Counted from the stretch's first letter, positions 1 through 14,424 are shown. The stretch is 64,000 bases of DNA from Leucoraja ocellata (GCA_036785375.1 JAWMAR010000060.1:5022001-5086000); one strand, 5' to 3'. Notes: generated from the sequence alone by a model not told the origin. A program made the numbers and translations.

Positions 1-2260
1 AATATGAGATGCACGATGAATTTGGAAATGTAATGAAAGGTTTTCTTTGACACAAAAAAAAAGAGACATGCTGATTTGACCATAGAAATAAACAAGATTC
101 GTGCACAGAAAAATATCGATCAACATTAGCAAGTCCTTTCTGCAATTTGCTTTAAAAAACGATTAAATGGTTTCAATTAAAAGACAAGCGCTCTTCCATT
201 GTCCCTCACACCCCCTGCGCGAGTTTGCTGTTATTTCAGCAATATGAAATCCTGCAGGAATCTGGGGGGTGGTGGGAGTTAGGTAGGGGCTGGGGACCTG
301 TGGTACTGCAACCTTACTGAATTACTGATTAGGGTTCATCTAATCTCTAGATTACAGGATAATCTACGTGGTTTTAGTGAGGACTAGAAATGGGAGAGGT
401 ATAAACCGCAGTAATGCTGCAAGGGGATTGGGCGGGGCATCACTGAGAAATCAGCTCCTGCTAGGAGCTCTCCATCTTTTTATAGATCCAGTCATGTTTG
501 TATATTGATTTACTGAAATACATAACTTCATTTTGTAAACTACCGCACTTCCTCTGCCGTTTCAATGCTACCGCTATTCCGTGGAAACCTCTTGGAGTTG
601 CTAGGTAATCTGACTAGATCCCCGCAGGGGATTGAACCCGGCATCATTTCCTCCTTTTGTTTTACAACTTTTTACTCTGTCTCTTTCTCTCAGTAGATCA
701 TGGAAGGTGTCTCCGAAAACAGTTTCCTTGCAATTGCGACAGTTACTCTACTTTGGCTTTGGTTACTTCCTAGCGGAATTGTTGCCTTAATGCACAAGAT
801 TCAGAGTTATATTTGTTCGATGTTACACGTAGGCAAGGAAACCCAGGCCACTGTATTTACAGCAGATACACAACGATGCACCTGGTACGTTTAAAGTAAA
901 GGCTTATTGCAATAAAATATGTTTCTGCATTTGCGTCTGAAACCCTTAAGGAAGTATAAGCTCATATTATTAACTGCGATTTTCTTTTGAACTCTGGGTC
1001 TCTTCGGCTAGAGGCAGTGCTAGTTTTATGCAGAAAGGCTTTCCACCAGCGATGATGTTTTATCGGGAGATTATTGGATTGCATTCGTCCCTCGCTCGTT
1101 AAAAGAACAATCTTTAGTTAATATACCTCCAGCCTATAAAACTGTCGGCAATCTCCATGTTTCCTGTACATACCTAAAACGAAACGGCGTGCTAATGTAA
1201 ATATCTCTGAAACGCATGAAGGATGGCTTTGTCTTCTAAACTTTTCATACGTTACAAATGATTTAAAATAAATCCGAAGTCGAGCTGTAAACGAGTTTAG
1301 CAGTGCGACGGAATGCCAGATGATTGTTTAAAAATTAAAAAAATAAGTTTAATTAAAATTAGTTAGGGAAATACATAGCATGGGGTTGTCGAGCAGAGAA
1401 TATATAACGCATAACGTGTAAAACAGTCATATTTTCGAAGTTTAAACATTGCTCGCTGAAAATAGGTTACCGCTACCGATTTTGCTTAGATTGGATCTAA
1501 CGGCTCTCCGACGAAAACACGAGTGAAAGGAAGGGGGTAATGAAATAAAAACTAATGGAATTAAAACTAATGGAATTCAACTGAATAAAATCTGCAATCA
1601 GTCCAAGTAATCCTACTTTAATAAAAAACAAAAAAAATGCCCTTAAATTAAGTCAAAATGTGCAAAGATCACCGACACTTCTCAAAGTTGCATATATTAA
1701 TTTCCAAATAATATGCAGCAGGAATTTGCCAAAACTGTTTTTTCCACTTATATTTGGTACTTTATTTCCCCATTTCCCAGGAATTCTAGTTTCTCCGTAC
1801 TGTTGCCCTTTGAACATTGCGACCGCGTTGCCCTAGATGCACGTTCATATATTTGGCTAAAATTAAAACACTCTATCCTGCATATTAAGTCCGATTGTAT
1901 TGGAGTATCTAATAAAATTGTGTATTCGCTAATAAAACACTGATATTGTTTGTGTAGCAATAATGTTGAATTCTTATTTTCTTTTATTACCAGGAGTCAG
2001 TGGATGCATTTTACGCAGCATCGTTGTTTCACAGATCGAATTGAAGAAAGTACCGAAACAAAGAAAGCGAAATACATTTCAATGCCATTATACAAAAGTA
2101 TCGTGGCAGTAACTCCATACATTACCGAATATTGTAGAAATAAAAATGTGGTTTATAAATGTTTGCGAGTATCAGCAATGTTGTTGTTATATTCTCAGCA
2201 GAATCGGCATATTTGATTTTTCACGATGGAAAAATCGATAAATATTCAATTACTAACAAT

Positions 2261-2499
2261 NNNNNNNNNNNNNNNNNNNNNNNNNNNNNNNNNNNNNNNN
2301 NNNNNNNNNNNNNNNNNNNNNNNNNNNNNNNNNNNNNNNNNNNNNNNNNNNNNNNNNNNNNNNNNNNNNNNNNNNNNNNNNNNNNNNNNNNNNNNNNNNN
2401 NNNNNNNNNNNNNNNNNNNNNNNNNNNNNNNNNNNNNNNNNNNNNNNNNNNNNNNNNNNNNNNNNNNNNNNNNNNNNNNNNNNNNNNNNNNNNNNNNNN
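2261..2499. other. Assembly gap (others at 14935-15067, 16734-16947, 25533-25795, 53404-53650)
   Basis: Runs of N. Confidence 0.99.
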
Positions 2500-5400
2500 G
2501 CAGAGAGACAGACAAGCAACGAGACAGTAGGACAAATTCACTATGCTGGATTGCCACATAATGTTTTGTAGAAAATCTGGCAAATGTCAGAACTCTGAAA
2601 TCTATATTTTTTGGATATTCCCACCGGACAAGGGTGGGTATTTTTCCATCGTATTCTAACAGATTTTCATAATAGTTTTAGAAGCTGCTTGCAAACACAC
2701 GCAAAAGACTTTATGCAGCATTAAGATGTTGCACAGCAACAGATCATACTGAAAGTGCAGCTGGGAACTTTACACTTCAATAGACATAGTAGAAACGAGC
2801 ACTTGATCACGGAGCATATATTGGAAATGCGATTGAATAATAATATAGATCATGCCTGTCAGCATATTTTGAAATACATACATATCAATTCCATTACAAG
2901 TCATTTGCTGTAGTTGGGAATCTATTATAAGCCTGTAAAACTACCACGTTCCTCTGTGCAGCTTATTAAAAGAATGGGGAGGCTAGTATTTACAAATTAG
3001 CATTGCTTTGTTGCAATAATGTGCAAGCCCACGTATACACATATAAACATGAAAAAGAATGAGTATTATTTAAAACAACAAATAGTGAAATAATTAGCCT
3101 TCCTATGGTGATAATTATGGGATATTCGGCGAGATTTTAAATCCAATTAAACCGCTTTTCAGTGTGCTAAAATACCTCTATTTTGGTCGAAAGGTAAATA
3201 CAAACATATTACCAATAAAGAGCTGCACGATGTTAACTTTGAAAATAAACGATTTAGATATTCCGCAAGAAATCAACACTATTTTAGGCTGACCACTCCT
3301 TCCTTCGCTCATCCCAAGACCAATATGGAGGAATTCCTTCAGAGAATGCCCTTTAAAAATTATATGCTTAAATGCCGCAGTTTGACCCAACGATAAATAT
3401 TATGCAGGTGACAGTATATTAAAAAATGTGTATCCTCCTAAATTACCTTTTTTGGTCACAGTTATTTGAGTTATTAATGATTTTATGAGAATTCTAAAAC
3501 TAAGTTAAATACATTTATCCGGCATTTCACTACGTACTTATTTCATAACTTTCTATATTTAAAATCCATTAACGTGTTCGCATAGAAATATCAATTTCGC
3601 TCTCTCAAGTTCTCTGTGTTTACATAATGCAAAATTATCCCTTATTTTTACACATTTCTGCTTTGCATGCAGTTAAAGAGGAGTCATTTATATCCACATA
3701 CTCGTGTATCATTACGATAATTTATTCTGCAGCTGGCTGAATATATTTTTCTGGCACTAGGGTTGATTTAAAAAAAATGTGTTATAACAACGTGAAGTCT
3801 AAGCACAAAATATAAACAACTAAATTAATGATATAAGTTTGATTTTCCTGCAATGAGTTACATATAACAGATGCCTCCTGCTGCTCTTGAAAAGAAAGGC
3901 ATTAACAACGTAAATACATTCATATGTATGTAACTGCTTGCGTGTATGTGTGAGTACATGCAATTGTATTATATTTGTTTGCATGGATGTACATGCGTAT
4001 TCGTGCACTCAGTGTATATGCACAATTTTATGTGGGGTTATAAAAGATTCATTCTCAAGCAACTTTCAATCGCAATCCATTGTTGCAAATAGCACAGTAG
4101 GGTTGAGGAATGGATTGGAAGATAATCAATTTAAATCGTCTCAGTATACATTAAAATAAAACGCTGAGATACAAATGGTTTTCTAAACCTTGTTTGAAGT
4201 GGAATTAATCTATTCACAAATTAGTTGATGGATACAAAATGAATATACTCCGTCGACCACAGTCCGATTTTACAAGTGTCATTTGTCGTGCATGTTTTCA
4301 TCCTATTTACAACCTACTGTATAAATAAATCCCAGGATATAGCAGTTATTGCACTTTTTGGCAGCTTGGCGGCACTCTTTTTAAACTCTTTTGTGGATGA
4401 ATGCTGCCATCTTCTGGTTGTAAAGAGATCCTGCTACGAATAAATTGCTGACAAGGAATGCCCAGAAAGCCTTTTCAATTCTGTGGCGAATTTAATAGCT
4501 GCATAGAGTTTAATCAGGCATTTTATTTTATTTAACAAATTTAATATCAAGTATTATTAACAAGGCTTAACATTAACTAAATGTTGGTTATTTGTCTACT
4601 AGACGCAATAAATTGGTAAAGAGATATGTGAGGGGCCCGTGTTAGAGACGAGACTAATAAAGGTCGTTATTTCCGCAGACCCTTTTGTCTAAGCAGCCAG
4701 ACAAAACAAATGGATGGCCTTCCCTGGAAAAATACTGATTGTAGCTGGACAGTTGTAAACTCATTAAAACCTGAATTCCAGACGGCTTGCCAGACCCTTT
4801 ATTTTATTGCAAGTCTCCCTGTTTAGTCTTTGAAGTTCCACATGCAACAACAGAGGGCGTCGCATCATTATAGTCCTCCAGACTGAACATTTAAAAATAA
4901 AATAATTTCAATTTACCGCTACTTTTAATATTATAATAAAAAATATTGCAAATACCGCAAAGCTATTCACGCGTTTGTTCCAGACGCGGAGAATACTTCG
5001 ATCGTCAGTGTCGTGTTTATGTACTTCGCCCCTTAACCTCCAGCGTTTTACACCCCATAAACGCTTACAGCAGTCATTTTCTTTTATTGCGGTACACCAC
5101 TCTGAATTTTACTAACGACAGCCACTGCCAAGACTTGCAGCTACTCGGGCCTTTCCGTCCAAATTCCAAATCATTTGAATCTCACTAAATCCATCCAAAC
5201 TGTCTTCGGGGTTTTAAAAAGTTACCAGGGATCTTACAGTTAGAAAGGAAGTTACATAAATGGTCAAATCGTGTACTTTTTGTTCGTGGTGAAATGCCTA
5301 AGATTATTTAACTTTGTTTGCTTTCAAAGGCTGCGACTCTCGTGTGCGATTTGTTAAAGAAATGGCGGCAAGGATTTGTGCCAGGCTTTTTTTTAAATGT

Positions 5401-6349
5401 ATATATAATAATTCACTTCATTATAATATGGTGAAATCCCATAACGTTCCAGGTTTTTTTCACGGGCAACTGGATCAAGGTTATCCATTCCCACTTGGAG
5501 AAAAGTACAGCATTTCTTGCATTGGCAGCCCACAACAAATCTTATAAATAGCCAGCCACATTGGAGCATGGCCAAGCGACAAATGCAAGTTGTTAGTGCA
5601 CTTTTGCAGGTTCTCGGGTTAATTGGTGATAACTGGGCGTTAAGCTCAACTGTATTCAGACTCTGCGTCATCAAATCCGCTTCTAAAACAAAGTTACGAC
5701 TTCACGGTTTATGAATCCTTCCAGAAACCTGTAACGTTCGTTTTAGTTATCAACTAAACATCCCATGTTTATTTGGAAAAATCCAAACAATGGATTACAT
5801 TTTATATGTCAGAATTTGAGAAAGGTATATAATAGCTGTGTTGACATTAGAGATTACATTTTAGTAATGAATGGGATTTTTAAAAAAAATGTATACATAT
5901 TATTCTATTTATGGCATCGTCCGGGTGTTGCAAAACTTAGGGTGATCTTAAGCATTGAAATCGAAACCATCTGTAAAGAGGGCAATGAAGATCTTGAAAG
6001 TATTAGTGTTGAGTATGGTGCGTTTCAAAATTCTGAAATTGTGGCGGAATTTATTAAACATAGGCGTGTACGAAATACCGTGCATTGCATTTCCATAAAT
6101 TGAATTGTGAGAAGCGAAACCACATGTTTTATGTAGTGAAACATATATTTTATTAGACAACAAATAAAATGACATTTCATTACAAACAGTATAGTTTGGT
6201 CAATATGACACGAGGTATTCATTTCAAACGTGTACACAAGTTTAAACGTGTTAGCTCCGCAGGTTTACCGAAACCCTATTTAAAACACATTAGTGGTATC
6301 GGTTCTTTCTATTGCACCCAGATATTTTCCTTGTATTGTACACATTACA

Positions 6350-6355
6350 TTTATT
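6350..6355 (-). terminator. Candidate distal polyA signal of HoxA9
   Basis: AATAAA on minus (TTTATT at 6350-6355), ~930 nt past the stop. A proximal AATAAA lies at 6524-6529. Confidence 0.5.
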
Positions 6356-6427
6356 GACAATATTGTTTTTTTTCCATAGCATAAATGCATCTAGACTGTT
6401 TTAAGAGTGACATTTACACACAAAACA

Positions 6428-6458
6428 TAGGTAGTTACTAGTTATACATATAGGTAGT
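6428..6458 (-). promoter_or_regulatory. Pair of miR-196 8mer target sites in the HoxA9 3' UTR
   Basis: TAGGTAGT at 6428-6435 and 6451-6458 (ACUACCUA in the mRNA). A third site, AGGTAGT, lies at 7034-7040. Confidence 0.7.
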
Positions 6459-7280
6459 TTTTAAACCAAATCTTATACTTTTCTTTGCACCACAACACCG
6501 ATAAATACAAAGTGTCTGAGAACTTTATTCGTGCTTTCATCACAATAGACAATAGTATCGTGTAGCAGTATGTTCAGCGCCGCTCTTTTAAATAAAACTT
6601 ATATTAGCATTCTATGCAATTCAGTTTCATATATTTGCTGAAGAACAACACAAACGTCATGCACCCAGGCAAGGCCGTTACTCAGTCTCACAAAGACAGC
6701 ATAAAGCCTGGCGATTTTACGTTAATTCACAGTGAAAATAATACAATATATGTCCCAAGTTCACCACGAAAATAACATTTCATATCCAACACATAGCCTG
6801 TTAGTTTTATATTAAACATCCTGAGTTGAATTGAGATTTTTCTTTTGTTTGTTTACACGATCTTTACTCAGACACCGCCTAAGCACAGAGGCCCAGTCAC
6901 AGAGATAATCACAACAGACACATGGATTCAAGTATATAGGCAGCCTCGTTTGCTGCATGTAAAACAAGTAAATATTAAACGAATACAGTATTACTGAATT
7001 ACTGTCCGCATAGAATAGCGGTGGATTAAGAGAAGGTAGTTTTCATGTAAAGGTAGATTCCGTAGCCACAGACTTAACCTTGCCGTAGATGTCTCCCTCT
7101 TTGGTTCCCATCTAACAAGTGTGTGAGTCTTTCCCACCAAGTGTAGTCCAGAACTGGCAAAGGAATAATTTGTGCTAATGGTATGATAAAATGTTCACAA
7201 TGTCTTTCTAACCAGAGCCCGTTTCGATAGTAATGGTGAAATAGTCCTTTTTTTTCTCTTCGAAGATATTTTAATCCATG

Positions 7281-7522
7281 TCACCGGTCATCTTTAGGTC
7301 GTTCCTTATTAATTTTTTTCATCTTCATTCTTCTATTCTGAAACCAGATTTTAACTTGCCGTTCGGTGAGATTGAGAACCCGGGCGACCTCGTATCTGCG
7401 GTCTCTTGTGAGGTACATGTTAAACAAGAATTCCTTTTCCAGCTCCAATGTCTGATGTTTGGTGTAAGGGCAACGTTTTTTTCTGGTAGACCTTGCATGC
7501 AGCCAGTTCGCGGAAGGGTTAT
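7281..7522 (-). CDS. HOXA9: HoxA9 exon 2 (homeodomain)
   Basis: Acceptor tactttcag|AT at 7523/7522. Translates (N)[82 protein letters not shown] at 7281-7283. Joined with exon 1 gives 783 nt, 260 aa. Confidence 0.96.
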
Positions 7523-8152
7523 CTGAAAGTATAAAGGAAACACATTTACTATATTTCCCTTTCCATGTTGGTCAAATATTGTAATATTCTCAGAATCAAA
7601 TCACCTTTACACATAAAAGAGGGTGGGGATTTCTGGATTCATGAAATTGTTTACTGAAAATTCATGTGTTTACACAGATTATTATACTCTTACACGCATG
7701 GCCCTGGCCAATGAATAAAGTCTATGAATCGAATTCAAATACTAGATTAAATGTCAATGTTGAGACAATTTATAAACATGGTAAAACGTTGCATGTTTGC
7801 ATTGTGCATTTTTCGATCCAGTGAACTTATCTCCATCACGTTTACTTGCATAGGATGCACTTGAATTACGGAGTCAGCAATTACTATCTCCCCTTCCTCT
7901 ATTATAACGAATTAGTTCAGTATATTCATGGTTTCTGTCCTTGACAATGCCTAAAAGGTACAACATAAACCTGAATCAAATATTTATTTTTATTTTTATA
8001 CAACCACATACAAAACGGCGAATTGAAAACAGATAAGTCATTGTTTTAAACTAATTTTTTACTCTATGAAGATGTCAGTTTAATAAAATGGTTTTAATTT
8101 ATAAGCCTTAGGTAGAAAAGTAAAACAAATAAAAGGAGAGATCCGTACTTAC

Positions 8153-8693
8153 TTGGATCCATGTGCAGCTTATCTGCGTTTGATTCAACCTCTCCATTAT
8201 TTTCAGAAAAGGAAATCTCGGCCAGACGTTTATCACCAGGAGATGGTCCACAAGCATATTCTGAGAGGGCTAACGTGTGTGTATCAAACGTAGTGCAGTC
8301 ATTTCTGCGGGCAACTGCAGGCTCAGGTTTGATGCCGTAGTGTCTACTGGAAGGTAACCCGGGAAAGGACAAGGTCCCCGGCATGGGTTCTAGCCAGGAG
8401 CGCATGTACCTACCATCAGGCGTAGCGGTAATAGGTGCCTGGTGCATGTATGGGTGATAAACAGTGGGCATGTTGGCAGAGGTCTGAGCATGCACCGGGT
8501 TCCAGGACGTGCTGAACACAGTCGCTTTAGACTGGAAGTTACAGGGGGAAAAATCGGGGTGTTCAGTAAGGGCTGCCTGCCTGGAAGCCTGAGCCAGTGG
8601 ACCCGACGCATATCTGGACGCCAGCAGATCATCGTTCTCATGCATTATGAGAGAGTCGACATAATAATTGCTGATAGTCCCCGATGTCGACAT
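8153..8693 (-). CDS. HOXA9: HoxA9 exon 1
   Basis: ATG at 8693 starts MSTSGTISNYYVDS (Hox9 N-terminal motif), with GRYMRSWLEP and HYGIKPEP motifs. Donor CCA A|GTAAGT at 8153/8152, phase 1. Confidence 0.96.
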
Positions 8694-8809
8694 TCTCGGC
8701 AATGACACAGCAAGCGCCTCTGAAAATATGAAAGAGCAGAATTCAATATAACAACTTACCGCCGGGACAAGTACAGTCCGCTAATATGGTGCAGGCGCAC
8801 TTCCACCCC

Positions 8810-8831
8810 ATTGGATACATCACCCACGTGA
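8810..8831 (-). promoter_or_regulatory. HoxA9 proximal promoter (E-box plus CCAAT)
   Basis: Minus strand reads TCACGTGG-9 nt-CCAAT, ~120 nt upstream of the ATG, resembling a USF/NF-Y composite. Confidence 0.6.
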
Positions 8832-11800
8832 TTCAAAAAACAACAATAAAATATAAATCAGTCCGCAGCTTGTAGCAGGGTCAATCTTTTATAGTCATAA
8901 TTTTATATAGCAACTCCATATGTTTTTTTATGCATTGGCATATAATCACTTCTATATAAGGAAGTTGATTTCTTTCTGCCAACTGAAATACAAGAAGAAA
9001 ACGGTTGGATTTCTTTTCTTGAGGGACTACTTTATATCATAATCAATCTTCCCATCAGATGCTCGTTTTTTTTAACGAACACCTTATAATCGTTAACCTT
9101 CTCATAAAACGTTATGGAAAGAGTGAAACTATAAACTGCAAAAAAAAACAACGAAGAATAGAATAGGGCCGGTATTTATTATTCGAGTTCAGTAACAACT
9201 AAAATTCATATCCAGTATTAACAAATCAAAATCGTTAACGAAGTTTTAAAGGCTACCACTGAGAAGTGGCGAGTGTACCTGCAGCTGCTATGAATCTTTC
9301 ATTTTAAAAATAAGGTACACATTAAACCCACTGTGTCAATCTCCGTTTTATAACAGGTTAAGCAATAAAACTACATGTTAGCAAACTATAGCCATTGCAA
9401 AACGACTCTTTACCTACAATAAACCATAATTAATTACAACTTCCGCATTCAGCGTGCTATTTTGGTTGACAGATGCAGATTCACGGATCATATTAATTTG
9501 TTCGGAAAATCCAATAGTTGCCACATCTTTCTTTTCGGATTCGTGGACGTTCTCCTTGCATTCACTGGCGAATTATGTGGGGAGGAAATTGCAAAGCTTT
9601 CCCTCACTGACGGTATTTGGAATCTCATCGCTTATACGGTTAACACATATTCCTTTCAATGGTAAATAAAGCAAACCGTTAGACATATCATAGATTTAAA
9701 ACGAGTGGGCATTTCTGTGGATTTCGCCAGCATCCGTATTAATGGTTGCATTTATCACATGTTATGTCTTCGCGGCATATTAAATATTACAACGAAGCAC
9801 TGTGCTTTTAATACCTAAATAGGCCTAGTCTTCTCTCTCTGTCTCTCTCTCTCTCTCCCTCTCATCTCCCTCCACTTCCCCTAACATACATACACAGCAC
9901 ACACATACAGGCGCATATTCTACGGATATATGTATAAGTGTGAATGTGCATGTTTAAAACGGTGGACTATTTCACTTTAAAAAGAGCAAAAATAACATAA
10001 ACGATATTTCCGAAGGACGACATCATGGCCTGGTCCACTTTTTTAAGTAAATAAACTTGTAATGTATTTAATATAAAATCGTTGAAATAACTTCAAATAC
10101 ATTTTGTAAAGTGATACTCGTTATCTCTATAATAATTTTCGCGTAGAATAACTTATCATCGCTAATCTCATATGAAATATTTTATTGTGTATCAAATAAT
10201 CAGATGCCAATGCATTTGTTTTTATAGCTTCATGGCGCAGTATTTCGCAGAGTACTATGGTAACATTTCACTGTTTCATTTGGACACAATTTTAAAATAT
10301 ATTTATATGTAAGCAGCATTTCCAGACCTGTAAAAGAATTAATAACAATTATTTCAGTTTTGTTTTATTTAAAATAGCCTTGGATTTTTCAGGCCAAATA
10401 TTTAGATTTCCCAGCTAAAGCTGCCGGTTCCTATCTGAGCCTTATAGGTCCAATTCTAATTTTCTCTTAGTTTGGCGATTTGACCAACTATATGTGGAAT
10501 GCTTTCTTTCTGCTGCATAAAATGAAGCAGGAAAAAACCTCGGCAGTATAAACAGCGTAGAAATTCAACGTCTTTCCTCGCAATTAACGTGAAGCACTTG
10601 AACTGTTGCGTTATATCCGATTGCACAGAAATAGTGATGAAACCAAAGGCAATTATCAGAAAGACTTTAAACCATCGTGCTCCCGCCGCTGTGGTGAATA
10701 GCTTGCTCTAAAATACACCCTCCTCAACACAACTGCCCTCGACGCAACAACTACCCGCTGATTGTACAAACCTTAAGGTGCAAATAACTGAAATGCAACG
10801 TCCTTTTATCGCTACTTGTTTTTTTTTTAATCTAAAACAAAATATTTTTGTTCATTCTTCTTATATTTTTTCACCAGTTTGGGCGATTTGGTCGGAAAAG
10901 AGGGTTGTGGTGGGTGGTTATGGTGGGTGGGGGGGGGGAGGGGGGGACTAAAGTGTGAGTTCTTGTGAATGCTGGCGGGGGGTGTCGGGGAGATTCAGCC
11001 GTCGCTGGCGTGCCGACACGAGAATCTGAGCAGCGGACTGTTACAATGAAACCGGTGGAGTGATGAGGTCCAGAGCAGAATCAAGAACCATTCAAGTCCA
11101 GTGTTGAACCTTAGGGAGAAAAAAAAGACGCTTTGCGTTTCCTGTGCAGATGGCCTGAAATTGGGATTGAAATGTTGATTTTATATATATGTATATATAT
11201 ATATAATGAAGCCACGAGGCCCTGACTCTGCACTTCGCTAAAAAGAGCTGTTCATCTCATTAAAATTAAGGTTTTTATTTGAAGGAGATTTATAAAAACG
11301 ACTAGCCATTAAAACAAAGTTGGAATGCGCCGCGTCTAGCTGTGATACTAAAGATTTATTGTTTGTATGAGATGCTTGATTTCAAACTATATACTTGAAT
11401 TCGTTAGAAAAGGTATAGTGATTACTTAATTCCTGTCATATCCAATCCATTCCCCACCCCCACAATCACATAAAAATCATAATATTTTTATAGAGTTTGT
11501 CCGGGTGAGATTTTCAGTTTCGACTTTTGTTTGGGCGTTCAAAACGGGAAGAATATCTGTTACTTGCAAACAAGGGTATTTCAAAGCAGCAGAAAGAAAG
11601 AAAAAAATCTCGTTCTTGGATGTGTTTCGCTATAATTCCTCAATCAATTGTTATTATGCAGCATCGATACATATCATCCGCATTATAGAGGAATGCAGTG
11701 ATGTACCTATTTCAAGTTTAAGATATATTTGGTAGAGGGATCCATCATATCACATTATACAACAAGGGGATGGGATCAGGAATAAAGCAACATTTCTCTT

Positions 11801-14424
11801 TTCGTGCAGTGCAGAGTTCGTCTGATTTGCTTTTACTTAGGAATTACGGTTGTTGCAAATAAATAGAACAATCTTTATTAATTCGTGCAAAATTATACCA
11901 ATGAAAGGTCTGTCAAAAGTGTTGTATCATTGATTTCCTGTTTTATTTTTTAAAAAGGTTTGTGGAATTACCCGGATAAATAAGATATTCATTGAATACA
12001 CCTTGTAACCAGAAGCATTTGGCAAAACTATGATATAGCTGACTGATAACATTTTCAAGCATGACACAGTCAGAAATGTGGCGTTTCTTTTGGCTTTTCG
12101 GTCCTATCATTTAAAATAACGCTGACGCCTTTATTTCCGTTCAGATAACATCTGTGTGAAATTGCAATGCTCAATTTGTGGAGACACAGTGTGTGAGGAG
12201 GACAGAGATCTTTAATCGCTTTCGCCTCTAATTTGCCGTAAGCAAAATAATTTGACAAAGATTCACCTGATAAATAAAAATAACAGAAAGGGGGAAATCA
12301 AATCCTGGAATGTCTGCAAATAAGAATCATCAAAATTGGTCAGATCGCTTTGCAACTAAACATTCACGACGCCCTATAGTCTGGGAATCCAAACGTGATA
12401 TTGGGCTGTTGCGTTTTTACGAATAATTAAACCATTTTTAGGCCATTCGCAGCAATCCAAAATTAAATGTTCAACTTAAAACTATAGAGTTGGGCAGCGT
12501 GCATTGGTCTTTGTCTTTAATGTAAGTGAACATTCAATTGAAGAGCTACAAAACTGTAGCGAATCCCTTTATATAAGATTATAAATATATGAACCTTGGT
12601 GATGATAGCAAGCAACGCGCAAATAATACATTTAAGGTGCAAACAGAATGATTTTCAACAAAACATTATTTGTCCTGTTAAATTTGTCAAATAAGTTATA
12701 TGAGGGGGGGGGGGAGTGCATTCATATGTTGCTTATATAAACAATATTCCGTTATTTATTCCGATGCGCAATAGTAAAGAAACATCCCCAATTACTTGGC
12801 AACGTATTGGTCTATAAAACTAGGCAAAATAAAAGCGAATGCGTTGAATCGAAGGGGGCTGGGTTGTACAGCGTTTTAAACAGGGCCTGGCTGTAACCAG
12901 AAGGGATGTTTTGACCAGTACAAACTTGACTTCCTCCGTGGGTCAATAAACCTTGCCGACGATATTTTAAGGTGGTACAGTGGCGTCGGGAGAATATGAA
13001 CCTGCAATGGTATAACAACGCACATTTTTCGGAACATGTTCATTTATATTTAACTGAAAAAAATAATCAAGATAAATATTTCTGCTTTGCGTAACACTTC
13101 CATCTATAACATGCCGCGTGATATAATTTAACATCACAGATTAATTTTTAGACATATTATTTGAATAATGTATCAATATGTTGCTTGAAATGCTCATTTT
13201 AAATCGCTTACACGAAATTCTGGGAAATTGTAGGTTAATACGTTTCCTTTGTACAATGTGCAAGTATTTCGCATTCTGTCGGTTAATTTGTTCGGCTTGT
13301 CTTTACCATGGAAAGATATCATATGTGATTGTTATATGCAATGCATTTAATTCTGAATTCATAAATTAGGACACGAATCAATCTAGACATGATCCTTATT
13401 CTGCATAATGGCACTGAAGCATCAATTTTAAATAGTTTAATTCCAATGGTTGTTCAACTAACTTGACCAACAATATAAAGTGCCATTGTGCATGTTTACT
13501 TGCTTTGCTTCGATTAAAGCTTCTGTTTGTCTCGTCTAGAGAGCCCAATATAATGGGGCAAGTCTGCTTTCTGTGTTTAGTCTAGTTTCTGCAGAGCATG
13601 AGACACCGACCAAGCAGCGTTTCCACTACGCTCCGCCGAGGTCGCTGTTTCCAAGAACAAAACAAAATTACGCGCCCAGGCGCCATGTAATGATCATAAC
13701 CGAGGCCTTGTGCCTTTCAAGTAATTTCTTTGTCTTGCACATGGTAGAATACATAGGTTTAAATGCGTACCCTAAATCATTTTGCAAGGTTCCTTTTAAT
13801 TCCGATTTTCACCTCGAATTGCAGATGAGCCATGTAAAAATGTACAAAAACAATTATGTGACTTTTTAAGCGATGTTAATATAAGTATGGAATATTTATC
13901 ACTAACAAAATCGAAACCTGCAATGCATCAATTATGCCGCCGTACGTATGTAACTGCAGCAATCTACAGTATAATGCAGCAGATTAACACCGATCCTTTC
14001 AACTAATGGCTCCACAGCGCATATATATTGAAGGGAAATCGAAATGGATCATATTTAATTTAAACATGAACTTGATCCTTATTAGAAAAAAAATCTAACA
14101 TCAAATCTAAGGTAAATGATAGTATTTAGGAAATGCCAGTTCGCCACATCGTTCGGAAAGCACAATCCACGGTTAGTTTGCAAATGTAGAAGATTCTCTT
14201 CTGTTTCTTTGAAAAAAATACACAGTTCGATTAATTTCGGGAGGGAGGGGGGACTTGCAGAAGAACTAACTACCACGTCTTTGTATTACACATTCTTAAT
14301 CCGATTGTAGAACGTGCCACTTTGTGGCTAGCTGTGTCAAACCAAAGCTTTTACTTTTTCGGAATTATTTGAGTATCTGTGGTTTCTTTCCAAACCAACA
14401 CAAGAACTCACTGGCGATGATGAT

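Noticed and set aside
1736-1960. Possible HoxA8 remnant (KWKK on minus near 1745)
   Set aside because: No WFQN or helix-1 similarity in any frame.
2159-2583. Long X-filled ORFs here and at the other four gaps
   Set aside because: Artefacts of N runs.
8094-8708. ORF-track boundaries for Hox exons (also 45794, 32365, 44734, 16681 starts)
   Set aside because: They use GTG/TTG starts or run into introns; splice sites and conserved N-termini give the corrected coordinates.
8720-8759. Apparent mini-intron (GTAAGT...TTTCAG) in the HoxA9 leader
   Set aside because: Only 40 nt, below the usual vertebrate minimum; the acceptor more plausibly serves a distal exon.
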